Shown: positions 30,301 through 39,547 of the stretch, in pieces
How positions within the stretch are numbered: position 1 is the first letter of the stretch
How the letters are laid out: each line of letters begins with the position of its first letter
Source: Candidatus Bathyarchaeota archaeon
GTDB taxonomy: Archaea; Thermoproteota; Bathyarchaeia; Bathyarchaeales; Bathycorpusculaceae
Direction of reading: 5' to 3'
DNA: 64,000 nt
Assembly: GCA_963833575.1 (NCBI GenBank)
Contig: CAWHXY010000007.1
Coordinates: forward strand, 576,001-640,000
The notes under the pieces: generated by a model
The model's input: the letters and a program-made list of their open reading frames with translations, nothing else
Told to the model about the DNA's origin: nothing
Databases searched by the model: none
Translations under genes and position numbers: made by a program

Positions 30301-32987
30301 ATATAGTTACTGTTCTGGAATGGACAAGGAAAGTTCAAGCGGCCTTCCAAGACAGTCCCGTTCCAGAAGCTTATGCAAGTCTTGCAGCTCAAGGGCCCGT
30401 TGCCGCGCCGTCAAACACAGAATTAAGCCAAAAATACGAAGCAGCTCTAAAAGTTCTAACCGATTTTGAAGCAAGATTTGAAACAGAAATGAAATATCAA
30501 AACCTGAAACTTAGGGACTTAGAAATTGAAGTGATCGTTGAAAGAATCCAAGCGCTCAGGGACCGAGTGGATGATCTTCAGGTTTGGATTGACTTTAAAG
30601 ATATCAAAAATCGATTTGCTCTACGAGGCTTAGAGCAGTTCTTCAACCGTATGGCGGAGCAGCGCCTCCCAGCTGCGGACTTGGTTGACGTTTTTAGAAA
30701 AGGAGTTTACCAAGAATGGATAAACAACCTCTACAGTGAAGACCAGAAACTGGGTAGATTCAGAAGGGAAAATCATGAACAATTAATCGCTGACTTCAAA
30801 CAATTAGATCAAGACCTTATTCATCTTACCCCCAGCATGGTTATAGAGCAGGCAAACAGCCGAAAACCCCAAGACATACTTATTCAAGCAGGCGATTCAG
30901 AGGCTAATATTCTTCTTAAAGAAGCTGCAAAGAAGAGGCAGCTAATGCCAATTCGAACGCTTATGCAAAAGATTCCTCACTTGCTTGTGAAACTAAAACC
31001 TTGCCTACTGATGAGTCCAATAACAGTTAGCCAATTCCTTCCTCCAGAAAACAACAAGTTTGACTTAGTCCTGTTTGACGAGGCATCACAGATTGTTCCT
31101 GAAGATGCAATTGGTTCAATTTACCGTGGAAAAACCTTAGTTGTTGCAGGAGATAACAAGCAATTGCCGCCTACATCGTTCTTCCAGAAAAACCTAATTG
31201 ACGATATAGATTGGGACGAGCTGAATGAAGAGAACGTTGAAGTCTTCGACAGCATACTAGACGAGTGCTTAGGCATCGGGTTGCCGGTCAAAACTTTGAA
31301 GTGGCACTATCGTAGTAGACACGAAGATCTAATTGCTTTTTCAAATCACCGCTTCTACGATGATAAACTGATAACTTTTCCAGCGGCAAAAGCCCAAACC
31401 GACAGCTTAGGCGTAAAACTAGTCTACGTTTCCGACGGCATCTATGACCGCGGCGGCAAAAGAAACAACCTTAACGAAGCAGAAAAAGTTGCAGATCTCG
31501 TCTTTGAACACTTTCGTAACTATCCAAAGAAAACCTTAGGTGTTGTAACCTTCAGCATAGCTCAAATGGAAGCCGTTGAAGAAGCCATAGATCGTCGTCT
31601 CAAAGAGCAGCCCGATTTTGAGCAGTTTTTCAAGGAAGATCGATTGGAAGGTTTTTTTGTTAAGAACTTGGAGAACGTTCAAGGCGACGAGCGCGATGTC
31701 ATATTCTTCAGCGTGGGATACGGATATGACGAGCAAAAACAAATGGCTCTGAATTTTGGTCCACTCAACAAACCTGGAGGCGAAAGACGTTTAAATGTGG
31801 CAGTCACCCGTGCCCGAGAAAAAGTCTTGTTGATAACGTCAATTAAAGCTTCTGACATTGACGCTGAAACTAAAGCAATAGGCGTGCAGACGCTGAGGGC
31901 TTACCTTGACTATGCTGAGCATGGTCCTGAAACATTGGGATCGGTCAAAGTTAAAGAAAGCGAGTTTGAATCAGCATTAGACGAAGACGTTGCTGCGGAA
32001 ATAAAAAAGATGGGTTATGAAATCATTCCTCAAGTTGGTTGCAGCGGCTACAGAATAGATATCGGCGTAATTGATCCAGTTAGTCCCGGATGTTATCTTC
32101 TTGGAGTAGAATGCGATGGATCAACTTACAGATCAAGCAACAGTGCCCGGGACAGAGATCGCCTAAGAGAGCAAGTACTAACGAATTTGGGCTGGCGAAT
32201 TCACCGTATTTGGTCACCTGCTTGGGTTGCAAGACGAGATTCTGAAATCAGACGTTTAAAAGATAATTTGGAACAAGCGCAACAGTTGCAGCTTGAAAAG
32301 GAGGCTCAGAATCTAGTTGTTGATGATAAAGGAGATAATACTCCGAAGACAGATGTTCAAAAAATCCAGTTTGCAGGAATCGAAAAAATTGGTGTGCCTT
32401 ATAAGATTCAACCGCTCAAAGCAGTGCATAATCCTTACATTAAAATCGCCACAGCGAACTCGACATATGATTCAAGACAAAAAAACGAGTTCCATTTCCC
32501 TGAAAACAGAGAAAACCAAACAAAACTACTCTATGAGCTCGTTCAAAAAGAAGGCCCGGTTCATTTCGATTATGCAGTTGAACGTTTAGCATCTGCATGG
32601 GGAGCAAAACAGGTAACACCTCAAATAACACACGCAGTTAAAGAGGCACTCAACAACTTACTAAAAGAACAAAAAGTGACTATCAAAGGCAGTTTTCTTT
32701 GGCCGCCTGAACTTGCAGGAACTCCAATACGAATTCCTGTTCAAGGCATTCCTGAAACCAAACGGAAACCAGAATATATTGCGCCTGAAGAAGTTGAGTC
32801 AGCTATGATGCTTGTTGCTCAATATGCCTTAGGAATCAGTGAAGACGCTTTAATTTCAGAGACAGCGAAAGTTTTCGGCTTGAACCATTCAGGAGGAGAC
32901 GCCAAACAAGTTTTCTCTGAAATACTTAAGCAGTTGTTAAGAGACAGAAAACTGGTCGCCAAAGGCAACATCATTACCTTCGCTTAA
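27318..32987 (+). CDS. DUF4011 - SF1 (Upf1-like) helicase - Vsr-like nuclease - DUF3320 protein; Hhe-like putative antiviral defence
   Basis: WKSRLIDLSRRNNLL, GPPGTGKSQTI, FDEASQ, GDNKQLPP, HYRS, VQGDERD, RLNVAVTRAR, RIDIGV...VECDG...RDRDRLR..L..LGW. Confidence 0.88.
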   Translation: MASTVTSQPMKRVEDWKSRLIDLSRRNNLLYFRKNRRGNLPISQPEAQTIFNALVIKKRRLEFWAPPEEVKTTEMPEKVKGKGKAKAKTAKATAKAAIKETATEEVKQRPTANQLVSGSLSRQDLERTLKGLQWRSLLDYRERGVRILHAAFGTLNWVDQETKENVQSPLILVPLELTKDSIRQPYTIAVPPVEEEAVLNPALQVKLKNDYKIDLPPLPEGWETQNLADYFTLVNKAVEQMGWKSETSVDLSLFSFQKLVIYKDLEANANLVTQHPLIRAIAGVKEENLIVEGLPDEKDVDKIELPAQTYQVLDADSSQRVSIEYALHGQSFVMKGPPGTGKSQTIANIIAECIANGKSVLFVSDKMAALEVVYKRLSEVGLAHFCLELHSSKANKQQVVAELKRSLDENLVPRKLPSAHEFERMTQYRETLNGYVTALHEKRPYLQKSAYEILSLISSLERLPFVPVGLTEIGTLTPQKMQELEELVSHLSKVWQVIEEPDFPWLGYRANTYNLEIRSEVLTALENIKETLHEMQLETEDFSSKLGVSPPKTFSKTNWLLEVSQLLFESPKPEAYWLTSPDIEKLVSEAKTYGETAAWIKNTRTNLNERYNVSLFTLVLNRSAEIKMQLESLSKMLPAVELQDSKFLQEREKFLSFIKNTQLSVRKWRENSKALAQMFGLDSDDWTINRLNELSRLALLCFAEDKPELQWFDAKYLEQVEETVSKAKLQYQDYNLLKSRLDETYSDRIYDLKLDELIARYSGPYQSGLKIFNSTYRSDQKLIASLANDGKVPKNVLNDLIDARKVKKLHSQIEESAETVRTLLGHFYDKSKPDFQGAEKAIQLTVEIKKFSWAIQIPENLLKLITNTSSPSPMIKNLGLDLQESVDRWQQLAKDIEQSLPVSLPKSDVSITQTSLSLLEEWANETEKQLNPLCTLTKETLATCRQEPQSYKKLLEDLSNAEDVRKKEAAIIGEKAQLQAKFGVRFRELEANWEDIVTVLEWTRKVQAAFQDSPVPEAYASLAAQGPVAAPSNTELSQKYEAALKVLTDFEARFETEMKYQNLKLRDLEIEVIVERIQALRDRVDDLQVWIDFKDIKNRFALRGLEQFFNRMAEQRLPAADLVDVFRKGVYQEWINNLYSEDQKLGRFRRENHEQLIADFKQLDQDLIHLTPSMVIEQANSRKPQDILIQAGDSEANILLKEAAKKRQLMPIRTLMQKIPHLLVKLKPCLLMSPITVSQFLPPENNKFDLVLFDEASQIVPEDAIGSIYRGKTLVVAGDNKQLPPTSFFQKNLIDDIDWDELNEENVEVFDSILDECLGIGLPVKTLKWHYRSRHEDLIAFSNHRFYDDKLITFPAAKAQTDSLGVKLVYVSDGIYDRGGKRNNLNEAEKVADLVFEHFRNYPKKTLGVVTFSIAQMEAVEEAIDRRLKEQPDFEQFFKEDRLEGFFVKNLENVQGDERDVIFFSVGYGYDEQKQMALNFGPLNKPGGERRLNVAVTRAREKVLLITSIKASDIDAETKAIGVQTLRAYLDYAEHGPETLGSVKVKESEFESALDEDVAAEIKKMGYEIIPQVGCSGYRIDIGVIDPVSPGCYLLGVECDGSTYRSSNSARDRDRLREQVLTNLGWRIHRIWSPAWVARRDSEIRRLKDNLEQAQQLQLEKEAQNLVVDDKGDNTPKTDVQKIQFAGIEKIGVPYKIQPLKAVHNPYIKIATANSTYDSRQKNEFHFPENRENQTKLLYELVQKEGPVHFDYAVERLASAWGAKQVTPQITHAVKEALNNLLKEQKVTIKGSFLWPPELAGTPIRIPVQGIPETKRKPEYIAPEEVESAMMLVAQYALGISEDALISETAKVFGLNHSGGDAKQVFSEILKQLLRDRKLVAKGNIITFA

Positions 32988-33664
32988 TCTTTATTTATTT
33001 CCTTTATTAGAACAGGCAAATCAGCTAATGCAGTTATAATATAGTTTGCTCCGCTATTTTTTAGCTGTTCAATTGTTGAAATTCCTGATGGAAAACCAAT
33101 TGCGATCGCTTTTAGTTCCTTGGCACTTTGCATGTCCACGATGCTATCTCCAACTATTACAGTTTCTTTTGGACGTATGTTTAATGTCTTAAGTGCAAGC
33201 TCAAACGGTTCTGTATTTGGTTTAACATCTTTTACTTTGTTTCTGGAAACTACAGCTTGGAAGAAATCTTGAATCTTAAAACGTTTAAGAATATAGTTGG
33301 TTGCCTTTTCACTATTTGTAGTACATAAACCCATCTTTGTTTTCATGCGTTTGAGTTCTTTTAGCATTTCGTTGGCTCCAATTTGCAAGCTAGTTGTTTG
33401 GGCGGCTTCCATTTCATATTTCTCGGCAATAGCTAAAGCTTGAGCACGGACTTCATCAAATGTTTCAGCGGGTTTACCGCTGTTCTTTAAGAAAATTTCT
33501 GTTTTTTTCAGCATTTCAAAAATGCTTTCATTAACATCTACAACTGAAGTTGGAACGCTCATTCTTATCAGGTAACTCCGGACTTCACCACGGAGAGATT
33601 TGAAATCTAAGTTGAAGTGGGCGAGTGTTCCGTCTAAGTCAAAGATTACAGATTGAACTGGCAC
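32984..33664 (-). CDS. HAD-superfamily hydrolase (phosphoglycolate phosphatase-like)
   Basis: FDLDGTL, TTN, KP, VGDSIVD. Confidence 0.9.
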   Translation of the reverse strand: MPVQSVIFDLDGTLAHFNLDFKSLRGEVRSYLIRMSVPTSVVDVNESIFEMLKKTEIFLKNSGKPAETFDEVRAQALAIAEKYEMEAAQTTSLQIGANEMLKELKRMKTKMGLCTTNSEKATNYILKRFKIQDFFQAVVSRNKVKDVKPNTEPFELALKTLNIRPKETVIVGDSIVDMQSAKELKAIAIGFPSGISTIEQLKNSGANYIITALADLPVLIKEINKD

Positions 33665-33751
33665 AATTTTATGCTCCGTTTTCGAAAGTGAAACTGGGTT
33701 AACACTTGCTCAATTAGAAATATACTTTGTGGTTAGATATCGTTATCAGTG

Positions 33752-34723
33752 TTATCTTGTTATGATGACTTTCAGAGGCTTCTCCGATGGAGTATCAACC
33801 GTTTCCAATGCTTTTTCAAACTCATCAAGCTTAAATCTATGACTAATGAGCCCTTTTACATCTACAAGTTTTCTTTCAATTAATTCAATGGCTGAAGGGT
33901 ATTCAATAGGCGAAATGTAAATAGTGAAAAACATAGCTTCGTCAGCATCCTCCAAGTTCAAGTTACCCTTAGATTCTCCTACCAAAGCGACTTTACCAGC
34001 TTTCCTGACCAAATATGGAGTCTGCTCCACAGTACGTGAGGTTCCAGCAGCTTCAATTACCAAATCAGAACCCCTTTTGGTTAATTTCCTGACAGTTTCG
34101 ACGACATCTTCGGTTCTAGCGTTTATCACAACATCCGCACCGTACCTCTGGCTGCATTCAAGCCTGTAGTCTTCAAGATCTATTGCAATAACTCGGCATC
34201 CTTTCAGCAGTGCAACTTGGGTCATAAGCAAACCAATTGGACCTTGTCCAACAACGGTTACCCAATCACCTAAGTTCGGCTTCATGCAATCTAACACGCG
34301 CAGAGCCAAAGCCACAGGCTCAATAATTGCCGCTTCCTCGTCACTCACGCTATCGGGGACAGGGATTAAGCTTCTGGGTAACATAGCTTTGGATTCAGCG
34401 AAGAAACCGTCCCTTGTAAGCCCATAAAACTTGCCTCTGACACAATAAGTTGGCAGCCCCCGAAGACAATAGAAGCAGTGACCGCAATTTACAATAGGAA
34501 TCATAACCACGCGTTTACCCGTGTCTTCTTGATTTCCCCAAGCATCATGCCCAAAAATCATGCCTTTCTTCATCCATTTCCAATCGCCTCGGTAAAAATG
34601 CATATCGGTACCGCAGATACTTCCACCCTTAAACTTTACAAGCACTTTTCTATCTGAAACTTCAGGCTCAGGGACTTCTTCAATTTTGATATTATGTGCT
34701 CCTCGATAAACAACTGCCTTCAA
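33752..34723 (-). CDS. zinc-dependent (MDR) alcohol/polyol dehydrogenase
   Basis: CGTDMH, GHD, CxxCxxC-7-C, EP, GQGPIG. Confidence 0.88.
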   Translation of the reverse strand: MKAVVYRGAHNIKIEEVPEPEVSDRKVLVKFKGGSICGTDMHFYRGDWKWMKKGMIFGHDAWGNQEDTGKRVVMIPIVNCGHCFYCLRGLPTYCVRGKFYGLTRDGFFAESKAMLPRSLIPVPDSVSDEEAAIIEPVALALRVLDCMKPNLGDWVTVVGQGPIGLLMTQVALLKGCRVIAIDLEDYRLECSQRYGADVVINARTEDVVETVRKLTKRGSDLVIEAAGTSRTVEQTPYLVRKAGKVALVGESKGNLNLEDADEAMFFTIYISPIEYPSAIELIERKLVDVKGLISHRFKLDEFEKALETVDTPSEKPLKVIITR

Positions 34724-34844
34724 AACTCATCAACCTCTGATAATTCAAGCATCAGTATTTGTGTATTAACTTTTTGCATTTTGAGAATTTTCGTTTTTGG
34801 GCTAGTTTAATAACTATAATGGCATATGCAAGGTTTGAGCGCAC

Positions 34845-35057
34845 ATGAATCTGGAAGAGTTAACTAAAGAGAGGATTTGGCAACTTCTTGTGGAAACAGT
34901 TCATGCTTCAGTTATGTACCCAACTCATAAATCATACACTCGAGACAGTATTTTGCCGCTGAATACAGACATTTCAGCAACCGAGCTTGCAGAACGACTT
35001 GGAATGCCTCTTGGCGAAGCACTTGTGATTTTGAGCGAGCTTGTACAATATAGTTAG
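34845..35057 (+). CDS. small HTH-like protein
   Basis: SATELAERLGMPLGEA. Confidence 0.6.
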   Translation: MNLEELTKERIWQLLVETVHASVMYPTHKSYTRDSILPLNTDISATELAERLGMPLGEALVILSELVQYS

Positions 35058-35134
35058 CGTCTGATTGTATGCTTGTTTTTTGTAGATTTTGTACATCTAG
35101 TTTAATAAGTACGTTATTTGAAGCGGTTGACTGC

Positions 35135-35158
35135 CGTTATGTTTAAATATTCACATCG
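35135..35158. promoter_or_regulatory. putative ModE operator overlapping the TATA box of tupA
   Basis: CGTTATGT-TTAAATAT-TCACATCG, a 24-bp CG...CG box resembling bacterial ModE sites; modE-like gene follows the operon. Confidence 0.55.
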
Positions 35159-35172
35159 TTTCCCTAAAAACA

Positions 35173-36564
35173 GTGAAAAAAATGAAAAGTACGCATATTA
35201 TCATAGCAGCAATTGTTATAATCGTTATTATCATTGGCGGAGTATTCGCTTACATATCCCTATCAACTCCTGCCTCGACACCTAATTCAACCCCTACTCC
35301 AACCCCTACAGCAACTTCGTCTCCTACCGCTTCACCGACACCAAATACATCAGCATCGCCCACACCAACTCCCTTTACAACACCATCTTCAACGCCGACT
35401 CCTGCAACATCTCCGACTTCAACTCCAACTCCTAGTGCGACAACGTTGAATATTGCAACAACCACAAGTCTTCATGACACAGGGCTGGAAGACACAGGAA
35501 TAAATGGCGACACAACAGGCACAATGAAAGCAGCTTTTGAAGCTAAGTATCCTTGGATAACTGTAAACTTCATCCCACTTGGAACTGGGGCAGCAATAGC
35601 TAGGGCAGAGGCAGGTGACGCAGACATGGTATTGGTTCATTCTCCCTCACAAGAACTCGCATTCCTAAACGGAGGATATGGAATAGACCGAAAAATCATA
35701 GCTTACAACTTCTTCACTATCGTTGGACCGGCAAACGACCCCGCAGGCATCAAAGGCATGACCAACGTTACACAAGCTCTAATCCAGCTCTACACCGCAG
35801 CACAAACAAATTCGCAGGTGCAGTGGGTCACAAGAAACGATGCCTCAGGTACAGCAACAGCAGAACAGAACCTATGGAAAGCCGCAGGCTATGCGAACTT
35901 TAATACTCTGCTGGCACAAACTTCATGGTTCCATGCAACTGGACAAGGGATGGGCGCAAGCTTGCTGGTAGCTAACAACGGCATCGGCGGAGGCTCACCT
36001 GCATACATTCTCAGCGACATGGGTACGTATTTGGCATACTCTAAAGCCGGCAACATTCCCCAACTAACCATCGAAATTCAAAACCAAAAAGCGTTACTAA
36101 ACGTGTATAGCGCCATAATTGATAATTTCCAAAATACCGCTTTGTCAAATACTCACTTTTACGCCGCACAAACATTCATAAACTATTTAGTCTCTACCGA
36201 AGGTCAACAGCTAATTGCGAATTTTGGAACATCAACCTACGGTCAACAACTTTTCGTTCCATTCGTACCTTTAGCTAGTGGTGCTGCACCCAACGCGACG
36301 TTACTAGGTTGGATTCAAAGCTACGCTTACATGAGCTACAATACTGCAACTAATTCAGCAATTATCAGTGCAAGCGGAACTGAATGTCCAACTCAATTCC
36401 GATCTTACGCAGGAGACATGTACTCGCCATCTTATGACACTGTGGCAAACATGAATCTCAACGCTTCAATAACCTCTCCAAACTATTATTCTACCGATGG
36501 ACAACAGCTTTTGCTTACGCAACCAACACCCACTCTAAGCAGTGGAAAATTCTACAAAGCATAA
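35173..36564 (+). CDS. tupA: tungstate ABC transporter substrate-binding protein
   Basis: ATTTSLHDTGL, GTGAAI, DMVLVHSP, RNDASGT, GQGMG; TM anchor and PT-rich linker. Confidence 0.9.
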   Translation: MKKMKSTHIIIAAIVIIVIIIGGVFAYISLSTPASTPNSTPTPTPTATSSPTASPTPNTSASPTPTPFTTPSSTPTPATSPTSTPTPSATTLNIATTTSLHDTGLEDTGINGDTTGTMKAAFEAKYPWITVNFIPLGTGAAIARAEAGDADMVLVHSPSQELAFLNGGYGIDRKIIAYNFFTIVGPANDPAGIKGMTNVTQALIQLYTAAQTNSQVQWVTRNDASGTATAEQNLWKAAGYANFNTLLAQTSWFHATGQGMGASLLVANNGIGGGSPAYILSDMGTYLAYSKAGNIPQLTIEIQNQKALLNVYSAIIDNFQNTALSNTHFYAAQTFINYLVSTEGQQLIANFGTSTYGQQLFVPFVPLASGAAPNATLLGWIQSYAYMSYNTATNSAIISASGTECPTQFRSYAGDMYSPSYDTVANMNLNASITSPNYYSTDGQQLLLTQPTPTLSSGKFYKA

Positions 36565-36612
36565 TAGGGAAAACCTCAAATAAAATTCCCTTTATTTTCT
36601 TTTATGATATGC

Positions 36613-37377
36613 ATGGCGGATATTATCGTCCAATCCTTTCAACAAGCAATAAACTTACTTACCAGCGGCAATCCTGAAATCTATGCGACTGTTTACCGGA
36701 CAATCTATGTTGCAGGGGTAGGCGCACTTTTAGCATGTGTTTGGAGTGTTCCAATCGCTGTGCTGTTAGGCTTGTATAATTTTAAAGGAAAATGGGCAGT
36801 CAAAGGCTTCTTTAACGCCCTTATCGGCATCCCAACTGTTGCGCTCGGCTTGCTTATGTATTTGCTTTTGTCAAGGCAGGGTGAATTTGGTTTTTTGCAT
36901 CTCCTATACACACTTAATGGCATAGCTTTAGGTGATGCGATTCTTGTCTCTCCGTTAATTATTAGCTTCACAGCCAATGCATTAGGAACAGCGGATGTAC
37001 AACTCCGAGATTTGGCACGAACTCTTGGTGCGTCAGGTTTAAGAACGAACCTCAAGCTGATCCGAGAAACAATGTGGTCTATGATACTCTCGATTACAGC
37101 AGCTTTTAACAGAGGCTTTGGAGAACTCGGCATAGCCACACTGGTTGGCGCAAGTTTACTGGGAAATGGGACAGTATTTGGAGGGACCCGAGTCTTAACT
37201 ACAGCTATTGCGTTGGAAACAAACTTCGGACGCTTCGACATTGCGATGGCATATGCCATTATCCTTATGGCAATTGTAATTGCGTTGGCATTAACTCTTA
37301 GCTTAATAGAACGACTGCGACAGGAAGATGGATTACACGTAAAACTCTCATTCTGGAGAGGTTTGGGAGGAAGCTAA
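36613..37377 (+). CDS. tupB: tungstate ABC transporter permease
   Basis: PTVALGL..Y.LLSR.G, TRVLTTAIALET..G.F. Confidence 0.88.
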   Translation: MADIIVQSFQQAINLLTSGNPEIYATVYRTIYVAGVGALLACVWSVPIAVLLGLYNFKGKWAVKGFFNALIGIPTVALGLLMYLLLSRQGEFGFLHLLYTLNGIALGDAILVSPLIISFTANALGTADVQLRDLARTLGASGLRTNLKLIRETMWSMILSITAAFNRGFGELGIATLVGASLLGNGTVFGGTRVLTTAIALETNFGRFDIAMAYAIILMAIVIALALTLSLIERLRQEDGLHVKLSFWRGLGGS

Positions 37378-38094
37378 TTGAGCCTTCAACTGCAGCTTGT
37401 AGATATTAAGAAAAGCTACCGTAATGTTGCAGCTTTAGATTCAGTGTCTCTTGAAATGCAGGGAGGCAAAATCATTGTATTATTAGGGGTTAACGGGGCG
37501 GGAAAAACAACACTCATGCGCATCATGGCTGGCTTAGAAAACGCTGACAGTGGACAATTACTTTTCAATAACCAAAACATAGATTGTACAGCTTTACGCC
37601 AAGTATCAACGCTGGTTTTTCAGAAAAGTGCCATGTTCAGCAGCAATGTTTATGATAACTTAGCATATGGACTAAAAATAAGAAAGATTCCAAAAGAGGA
37701 AATTGAAAAGAAGATAACCGATGCCTTGCAAGCAGTTAGGCTTTCAGGGTTTGAAAAGCGCAGGGCAAAAAAGACTTCGGGCGGCGAGCAGCAGAGAATT
37801 GCGTTAGCCAGAGCTTTTTTGCTTGAATCGAATGTTTTTCTCCTAGACGAGCCAACGGCTAATTTGGATCCCAACAGTGCATCCATTATTGAAAAAGCGA
37901 TAGTTAGCCGGAAAAGGAACGATCGAATTATTGTAATGGCAACTCATAATCTAACTCAGGCAAGAAGAATAGCTGATGAAATAGTCCATATCTACAACGG
38001 TAAGATAGTAGAGGCTGCAGACCCAAAGAATTTCTTTGAAAACCCTAAAAGTGAAATTTCGCGCAAATTTGTTAACGGAGAATTAGAATTCTAA
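37378..38094 (+). CDS. tupC: tungstate ABC transporter ATPase
   Basis: GVNGAGKTT, SGGEQQR, LLDEPTANLDP. Confidence 0.88.
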   Translation: MSLQLQLVDIKKSYRNVAALDSVSLEMQGGKIIVLLGVNGAGKTTLMRIMAGLENADSGQLLFNNQNIDCTALRQVSTLVFQKSAMFSSNVYDNLAYGLKIRKIPKEEIEKKITDALQAVRLSGFEKRRAKKTSGGEQQRIALARAFLLESNVFLLDEPTANLDPNSASIIEKAIVSRKRNDRIIVMATHNLTQARRIADEIVHIYNGKIVEAADPKNFFENPKSEISRKFVNGELEF

Positions 38095-38186
38095 TTTCTT
38101 CTATCCGAAGTAACTTAGTTTGCGCAAACCCGATTTTTTCTTTTTGATTAGCTTTATATGGTCTTTTTGACATAACCGTATTTAGA

Positions 38187-38744
38187 ATGCTCACTGATAA
38201 AAAACACAAATTCTCATGCAAGGTATGGCTGGAATACAAAGATAAGCCTGTAATTGGTAAGGGCGGAGCTGAAATTCTAGAAGCCATTGAGAAAGAAAAC
38301 TCGCTTACATCAGCTGCGGAGACCTTAGGAATGTCATATCGCTACGTTTGGAATTATGTTCAGGGCATTCAGAAGACTTTAGATCAATCTATAGTTGAAA
38401 CGCATAAAGGCGGAAAATCTGGCGGTGGTGGAGCGCTGCTGACTGATTTAGGCAAAAGTTTACTTGCAGAGTATAAGCAAGTTGAGAGCTATATGGGCAA
38501 GGTTTTGACAAGTTCAGAGAGTTTGGAGGTGAAAAGTTTGAAGTTGAGTGCAAGAAATCGGTTTAAAGGAAAAGTTATTGCTGTTGAAAAAGGGGTTATT
38601 ACCGCAAAAGTAAAAGTTGAGGTAAAGATGCCTGTCACGGTTACGGCAGTTATAACAAAGGACGCGGTTGAAGATTTAGATATTAAAGTCGGCGATGAAG
38701 TGGAAGCAATAGTTAAGTCAACAGAAGTAATGATTGCTAAATAA
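38187..38744 (+). CDS. modE: ModE-type wHTH regulator fused to a TOBE/Mop domain
   Basis: SLTSAAETLGMSYRYVW, GGKSGGGGALLT, LSARNRFKG. Confidence 0.85.
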   Translation: MLTDKKHKFSCKVWLEYKDKPVIGKGGAEILEAIEKENSLTSAAETLGMSYRYVWNYVQGIQKTLDQSIVETHKGGKSGGGGALLTDLGKSLLAEYKQVESYMGKVLTSSESLEVKSLKLSARNRFKGKVIAVEKGVITAKVKVEVKMPVTVTAVITKDAVEDLDIKVGDEVEAIVKSTEVMIAK

Positions 38745-38904
38745 CCCATATTTTATTTTGTTTTTCTCAAAAAGAACAACAGCAGTTGGAATTGCAATTT
38801 TTGAGCAAACGAGTTTGAATTGCTTTTTTAAAATTAAGCTTAAGTCATCTGCAAGTAGGTTCAATATTAGACAATGAAAATCATGAAAATAAAAATTTTA
38901 GGGA

Positions 38905-39456
38905 CTATTCTACTACGTATCTGTAAGTGATATGTTCGCCTGCGGTTGCGCTTTTTCTGGTGATTTTTAGCACGTCGCCTGGTTTTGCTCCGATGACTTT
39001 GACTGCGGGGTCACCTGATTTTATTTGTGGCATTTGGTAGGGTTTAACTTTGAATTGAGTGAGAAGTTGGTTTTTTTCTTTTTCGCTTAGGATTTCGTGG
39101 AAGGGAACTAGTGCATGTTCAAAAATGTCGAAGACTGGGAAAGATTTTGGTAGTAATTCTACTTGTTTCTTTTTTGCGCCAAGCTTCACTGCGTGTGTGT
39201 AGCGTCCTTCAGTAACTACGATTGCACGGTCAATCTCTTTTTCTTTCATCACTTTGTAGAGAGTGTTCATGGCTGCAATACCGACAGTTGCTTCTCCCAG
39301 GATACACCAGATGAGCGCTTTTTCTTTATCCTGCGGAATATCAATTATGTATCCGACGGCACCTTCAGATTTTTCTTTCTCAAGTAACTTGTATTTTCGA
39401 AGTTTAATCAGGACTTCTGCCTTGCGTTCTTCAATTGTTTCCATTTTAGCGCTCAA
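38905..39456 (-). CDS. rpo5: RNA polymerase subunit Rpo5/RpoH with RPB5-like N-terminal domain
   Basis: C-terminal [10 protein letters not shown]...PQIKSGDP...[14 protein letters not shown]...YRYV; extra ~105-aa N-domain. Confidence 0.9.
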   Translation of the reverse strand: MSAKMETIEERKAEVLIKLRKYKLLEKEKSEGAVGYIIDIPQDKEKALIWCILGEATVGIAAMNTLYKVMKEKEIDRAIVVTEGRYTHAVKLGAKKKQVELLPKSFPVFDIFEHALVPFHEILSEKEKNQLLTQFKVKPYQMPQIKSGDPAVKVIGAKPGDVLKITRKSATAGEHITYRYVVE

Positions 39457-39547
39457 ACTATAAACCTCAAAGATTAGGAATACGCGAAACCATAAGAAAC
39501 TATTGCCCTTAAACTTTTCCCCTTAAAAAAGGGTTGTGCTTAACTAT

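Noticed and set aside
35260-35440. Low-complexity repeats in tupA (also 52810-52900)
   Set aside because: Ordinary Pro/Thr/Ser linker coding of archaeal surface proteins
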